This document shows, one piece after another, positions 29,262-32,000 of a DNA stretch of 32,000 bases. A model generated the notes under the pieces. The model searched no databases and was not told the DNA's origin. It worked only from the letters and a program-made list of their open reading frames with translations. Numbering within the stretch: position 1 is the stretch's first letter; each line of letters begins with the position of its first letter. The position numbers and the translations under genes are program-made. This stretch comes from Candidatus Nitrosopumilus koreensis AR1 (lineage in GTDB: Archaea; Thermoproteota; Nitrososphaeria; Nitrososphaerales; Nitrosopumilaceae), in assembly GCF_000299365.1 (NCBI RefSeq), contig NC_018655.1, forward strand, positions 1,590,001-1,622,000, in the 5' to 3' direction.

Positions 29262-29282
29262 TATTAAATAGTTGAAGTTCCT

Positions 29283-29427
29283 ATAACTATTAATGCCGAA
29301 GGATATAATTCCTATCGACTAAAATCGCGTAACCCCGCAGAACGACATAGGCAATCAAACGCAAGGTCGTTTGACAACGAGAGGGAATCTCTCATAGTTC
29401 TGCAATGAAGGGGATTACGCCTCTTTT
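29283..29427 (+). ncRNA. Structured RNA candidate of unknown class
   Basis: Nested complementary segments: 29327-29336 with 29410-29420 (one bulged A), 29337-29343 with 29397-29403 (GCAGAAC/GTTCTGC), 29355-29361 with 29368-29374 (TCAAACG/CGTTTGA), 29379-29383 with 29389-29393 (GAGAG/CTCTC). GC-richer than the flanks, TATA-like element upstream, T-run at 29422-29427. Ends are approximate. Confidence 0.72.
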
Positions 29428-29857
29428 AATTTTGTAAAATATCTACTGATACTGACCCTATCACATTTCCATTTGGATTAATAGAAATTGTAATTTGTTG
29501 ATTCTCTGAAATCAAAATTTCTTTTTGACCTATATACTCCCAAGTAAAATATTGTGAAATTCCAGTTTCATGTGAAGTACCTTGTAGCCTAAAATCTTCT
29601 GAAAAATCTATCTTTTCTCCACTTAATGAAATTGATAAAATTTTTGGACTGCTACCATTTGGAACAAATCTAAATGAATATTCTCCACTATCAATTTCAA
29701 ATGTTTCAGAATATACTCCCTCAATATACAAATCAGGATCTGCCAGTGTTACATGAAATATAACATTGCTTTTCTCACCAGAATCCTCTAGAGAGAAACT
29801 AACTAGAAAAATTCCAATAATTATAACTACGGGAATTATTATTAATTTTTTATTCAA
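29426..29857 (-). CDS. Hypothetical secreted or membrane-anchored protein
   Basis: 143 aa, N-terminal hydrophobic signal/anchor KKLIIIPVVIIIGIFLVSF, beta-rich remainder. Confidence 0.65.
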   Translation of the reverse strand: MNKKLIIIPVVIIIGIFLVSFSLEDSGEKSNVIFHVTLADPDLYIEGVYSETFEIDSGEYSFRFVPNGSSPKILSISLSGEKIDFSEDFRLQGTSHETGISQYFTWEYIGQKEILISENQQITISINPNGNVIGSVSVDILQN

Positions 29858-29894
29858 TAAAACAAACTCTAAATTCCATTATAAAAACAAATTT

Positions 29895-30446
29895 CTATTT
29901 TTCTCTTATCTTTTTTGTTAGTGCTTCTAATTTTTCAAGATTTTCTAAAATCCATGGATCATTTATCAAATCCATAATTTCTTCCATCTTGAATAGTTTT
30001 GGAGTAGTCATGCCCTCTTCAAAATCATATAGTTTGATTATTCTATTTTTTACGTTTTTAGATTCTATCTTTTTATTATGTGCAAAATTATGTGCAAAAT
30101 CATTTCTAATTTCTCTAATTTTATTTAGCGTTTGCTGAATCCTTATTCTTGTTTTTTCATCAATCTCTTTTTTAAAATCTTGATGATTTTTCATGATTCT
30201 TGATATCCAAATTATTTTTGTTCCAAAAGATGCAGTTCTATCTTCATCAAATACTGTTTTGGCCCATAAAGGAAAATCATTTTTATCTCGCAAAAATAGA
30301 TCTGAAATAATCACAGTAAGAGTTGAATCTAATACTGAAACATAACTGAGAAAATTACCTCTTATTCGATTTACCAAATTGATATATTCTTTGTCTGTAA
30401 GTTCTTGGGAATTATCTGGTAAATCAAAACCAAATACTTCATTCAT
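29895..30446 (-). CDS. Hypothetical protein with HEPN/MltR-like RNDFAH motif
   Basis: 183 aa, helical, with IQQTLNKIREIRNDFAHNFAHNK. This is family-level pattern only. Confidence 0.65.
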   Translation of the reverse strand: MNEVFGFDLPDNSQELTDKEYINLVNRIRGNFLSYVSVLDSTLTVIISDLFLRDKNDFPLWAKTVFDEDRTASFGTKIIWISRIMKNHQDFKKEIDEKTRIRIQQTLNKIREIRNDFAHNFAHNKKIESKNVKNRIIKLYDFEEGMTTPKLFKMEEIMDLINDPWILENLEKLEALTKKIREK

Positions 30447-30572
30447 AAGTTATGCCTAAAAAAATACTAAATAGATTTTTGTACTGCATTTTTCATCTTT
30501 GTTAGTCAAGTTACACATACTGTGAATCATTCTTTACACATGAAATTAAGTACATTTTCCTATAGTGAAACC

Positions 30573-31220
30573 ATGGCTAATCTTAGTAAAAAGTGGACTA
30601 AACCGCCAACTCCTAGTATTGGTGAAAAACTTGGTGATGCAGTCAAGCCTAAAGGTGCTCTAAAACCAAGAGTACAAGAAGGAGTCAAAAAATTACGATT
30701 ACAGATTCAAAAATTGGACAAAATGTTGTCAGGATTACAAGAACGTGATGGACAACTATTTGCAAGAATAGTAGAGGCAACACAAAAACATGATACTCAA
30801 ACAAGTAAGGTTCTAGGAAACGAACTAGCCGAAATTAGAAAAGTTATCAAAATTATGAGCAGTGCAAGAATTGCCCTTGAGCAAATCGAATTAAGATTAA
30901 CAACATTTAGTGATCTTGGAGATACCGTAGTAGCAATTATGCCCACCATGGGACTGATGAAGAATCTCAAATCGTCTCTTGGAAAAGTAATGCCAGGTGC
31001 AGAAGCTGAAATTGGCCAAATGGCTGAAATGTTAGGCGGATTTATGACTGAAAGTTTCTCAGGTGATGCAGCATTTGGTATGGATACATCCACAAATGCT
31101 GAATCTGATGCAATTCTCAAGGAGGCCGCAGCAGTGGCTGAGAGTTCAACAGGACAAATGTTCCCATCAGTTCCATCTGATGCAAGCACATCAACTGCAA
31201 CAACTTCAAAATTTTACTAG
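30573..31220 (+). CDS. cdvB: CdvB-like ESCRT-III (Snf7-superfamily) protein
   Basis: The track ORF begins at 30522 but MANLSKKWTKPPTPSIGEKL at 30573 is a likelier start. ESCRT-III-like helical core LRLQIQKLDKMLSGLQERDGQLFARIVEATQKHD...ALEQIELRLTTFSDLGDTVVAIMPTMGLMKNLKSSLGKVMPGAEAEIGQMAEML. Confidence 0.82.
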   Translation: MANLSKKWTKPPTPSIGEKLGDAVKPKGALKPRVQEGVKKLRLQIQKLDKMLSGLQERDGQLFARIVEATQKHDTQTSKVLGNELAEIRKVIKIMSSARIALEQIELRLTTFSDLGDTVVAIMPTMGLMKNLKSSLGKVMPGAEAEIGQMAEMLGGFMTESFSGDAAFGMDTSTNAESDAILKEAAAVAESSTGQMFPSVPSDASTSTATTSKFY

Positions 31221-31245
31221 AATAAATAAACTAATTTTTAAATTA

Positions 31246-31707
31246 TTATGCTGACTCTCTAGATTCTTTTATCTTTTTAACTCTACTACCCTCATCATCA
31301 ATAATTCTATCAACACCTGATAGTTTCTCCCGTAAATTATTGATTATAGTTCCAACTTCATCAGCTTCAGATTCTACTCGTTTTCTCTTTTCAGCAAGCT
31401 CTGAAATCCCTCTATTTTCTTCCTCAATATACTCACTAACTTTTTGGAGTTTCTCTTTAAGATTTTTGATATCTACTGATTCTTCTTCAATGTCTTTTTC
31501 AAGCAAAGTTCGTTTATCTTTAAGATTCTTAATCATTAGACCAACATAATCAATTGCCTCTTCAAGCTGGGCACGTTTCCCCATTAATTCCCCAATTCCA
31601 ATTTGACTTGGAGTATCAGTAAATTCTGGAGTCTCTCCTGCAGTGTTTTCTTCAGGTCTTTCTTCTACCATTTCTCCTCCCTCTTCTTTCTTGAATTTAT
31701 CAAACAT
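31246..31707 (-). CDS. Coiled-coil hypothetical protein
   Basis: 153 aa, long Glu/Lys/Leu heptads; convergent with the cdvB-like gene. Confidence 0.7.
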   Translation of the reverse strand: MFDKFKKEEGGEMVEERPEENTAGETPEFTDTPSQIGIGELMGKRAQLEEAIDYVGLMIKNLKDKRTLLEKDIEEESVDIKNLKEKLQKVSEYIEEENRGISELAEKRKRVESEADEVGTIINNLREKLSGVDRIIDDEGSRVKKIKESRESA

Positions 31708-31809
31708 TTTATGATTTACTTTTCAAAATGGGAATAAAAAGTTACTATGAATCCCAAAGCTGACAAGGTGAATGATTTTTACTCAAAAAAAAAGGAAAAA
31801 TGTGGTGAA

Positions 31810-32000
31810 TTATCTCACCGAAATTGAATTTCTGAACTCTTGGTTAGAATCAACTGATTTTTCAAAATTAGTATCTCCAATCTGAAGAAATTTGATATTT
31901 TGGCCCATCTCAGGATTTGTTGCAGAATTGAAGAGAACTTCAAAAACATTCTCATTTTCTGTAAACTTTCCAGAAAATACAACTTTGTAACTGAGATCCT
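31810..32000 (-). CDS. Partial hypothetical protein, C-terminal fragment running off the window
   Basis: Open frame read by eye: ...DLSYKVVFSGKFTENENVFEVLFNSATNPEMGQNIKFLQIGDTNFEKSVDSNQEFRNSISVR*. Stop complement TTA at 31810-31812. Confidence 0.5.
   Translation of the reverse strand, partial: DLSYKVVFSGKFTENENVFEVLFNSATNPEMGQNIKFLQIGDTNFEKSVDSNQEFRNSISVR

Noticed and set aside
29337-29404. tRNA or tRNA-like interpretation of the GCAGAAC...GTTCTGC-A segment
   Set aside because: The 7-bp closing stem and discriminator-like A are suggestive, but the T-arm lacks a 7-nt TTCRANN loop, there are 3 unpaired nt before the 3' stem strand, and no anticodon arm of 5 bp with a 7-nt loop is present.
30797-31254. 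ORFs 30797-31189 (-) and 31063-31254 (+) overlapping the cdvB-like gene
   Set aside because: Gln/His-rich or Ser/Ile-rich shadow frames. The ESCRT-III-like frame is far better supported.
1-32000. CRISPR array, transposon or integrated element
   Set aside because: No regularly spaced repeats, cas genes, transposase, integrase or clear insertion boundaries were seen. Gene content is mostly housekeeping.

Overview
AT-rich, gene-dense chromosomal segment from an archaeon whose protein repertoire looks like a marine ammonia-oxidizing thaumarchaeon (Nitrosopumilus-like; this is inference). It contains both PolD subunits (DP2 and DP1), an Orc1/Cdc6 gene, GGGP synthase, CbiE, a cyclophilin with a CFI-box-like C-terminus, a type-II NADH dehydrogenase-like flavoprotein, two Hsp20s, a CDC48-type AAA ATPase, two TFB genes, CrcB, a cation/H+ antiporter, a hemerythrin-like protein, CysC and a CysQ-like phosphatase, an SDR, and a CdvB/ESCRT-III-like protein. 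The strongest non-coding signals are: (1) a putative replication origin at about 6080-6480, with two identical 25-bp ORB-like repeats, a degenerate inverted third copy and five GTTAAC sites next to orc1/cdc6; (2) a compact structured RNA candidate at about 29283-29427, with a TATA-like promoter, nested helices, a perfect 7-bp closing stem, two internal hairpins and a 3' T-run. Two core genes (NDH-2-like and a TFB) are each split by a single-base change in a poly-A tract, which most simply suggests assembly or sequencing indels. A small AbrB-like ORF missing from the ORF track lies at 5513-5674. I found no CRISPR array, mobile element or clear multi-gene defence system.
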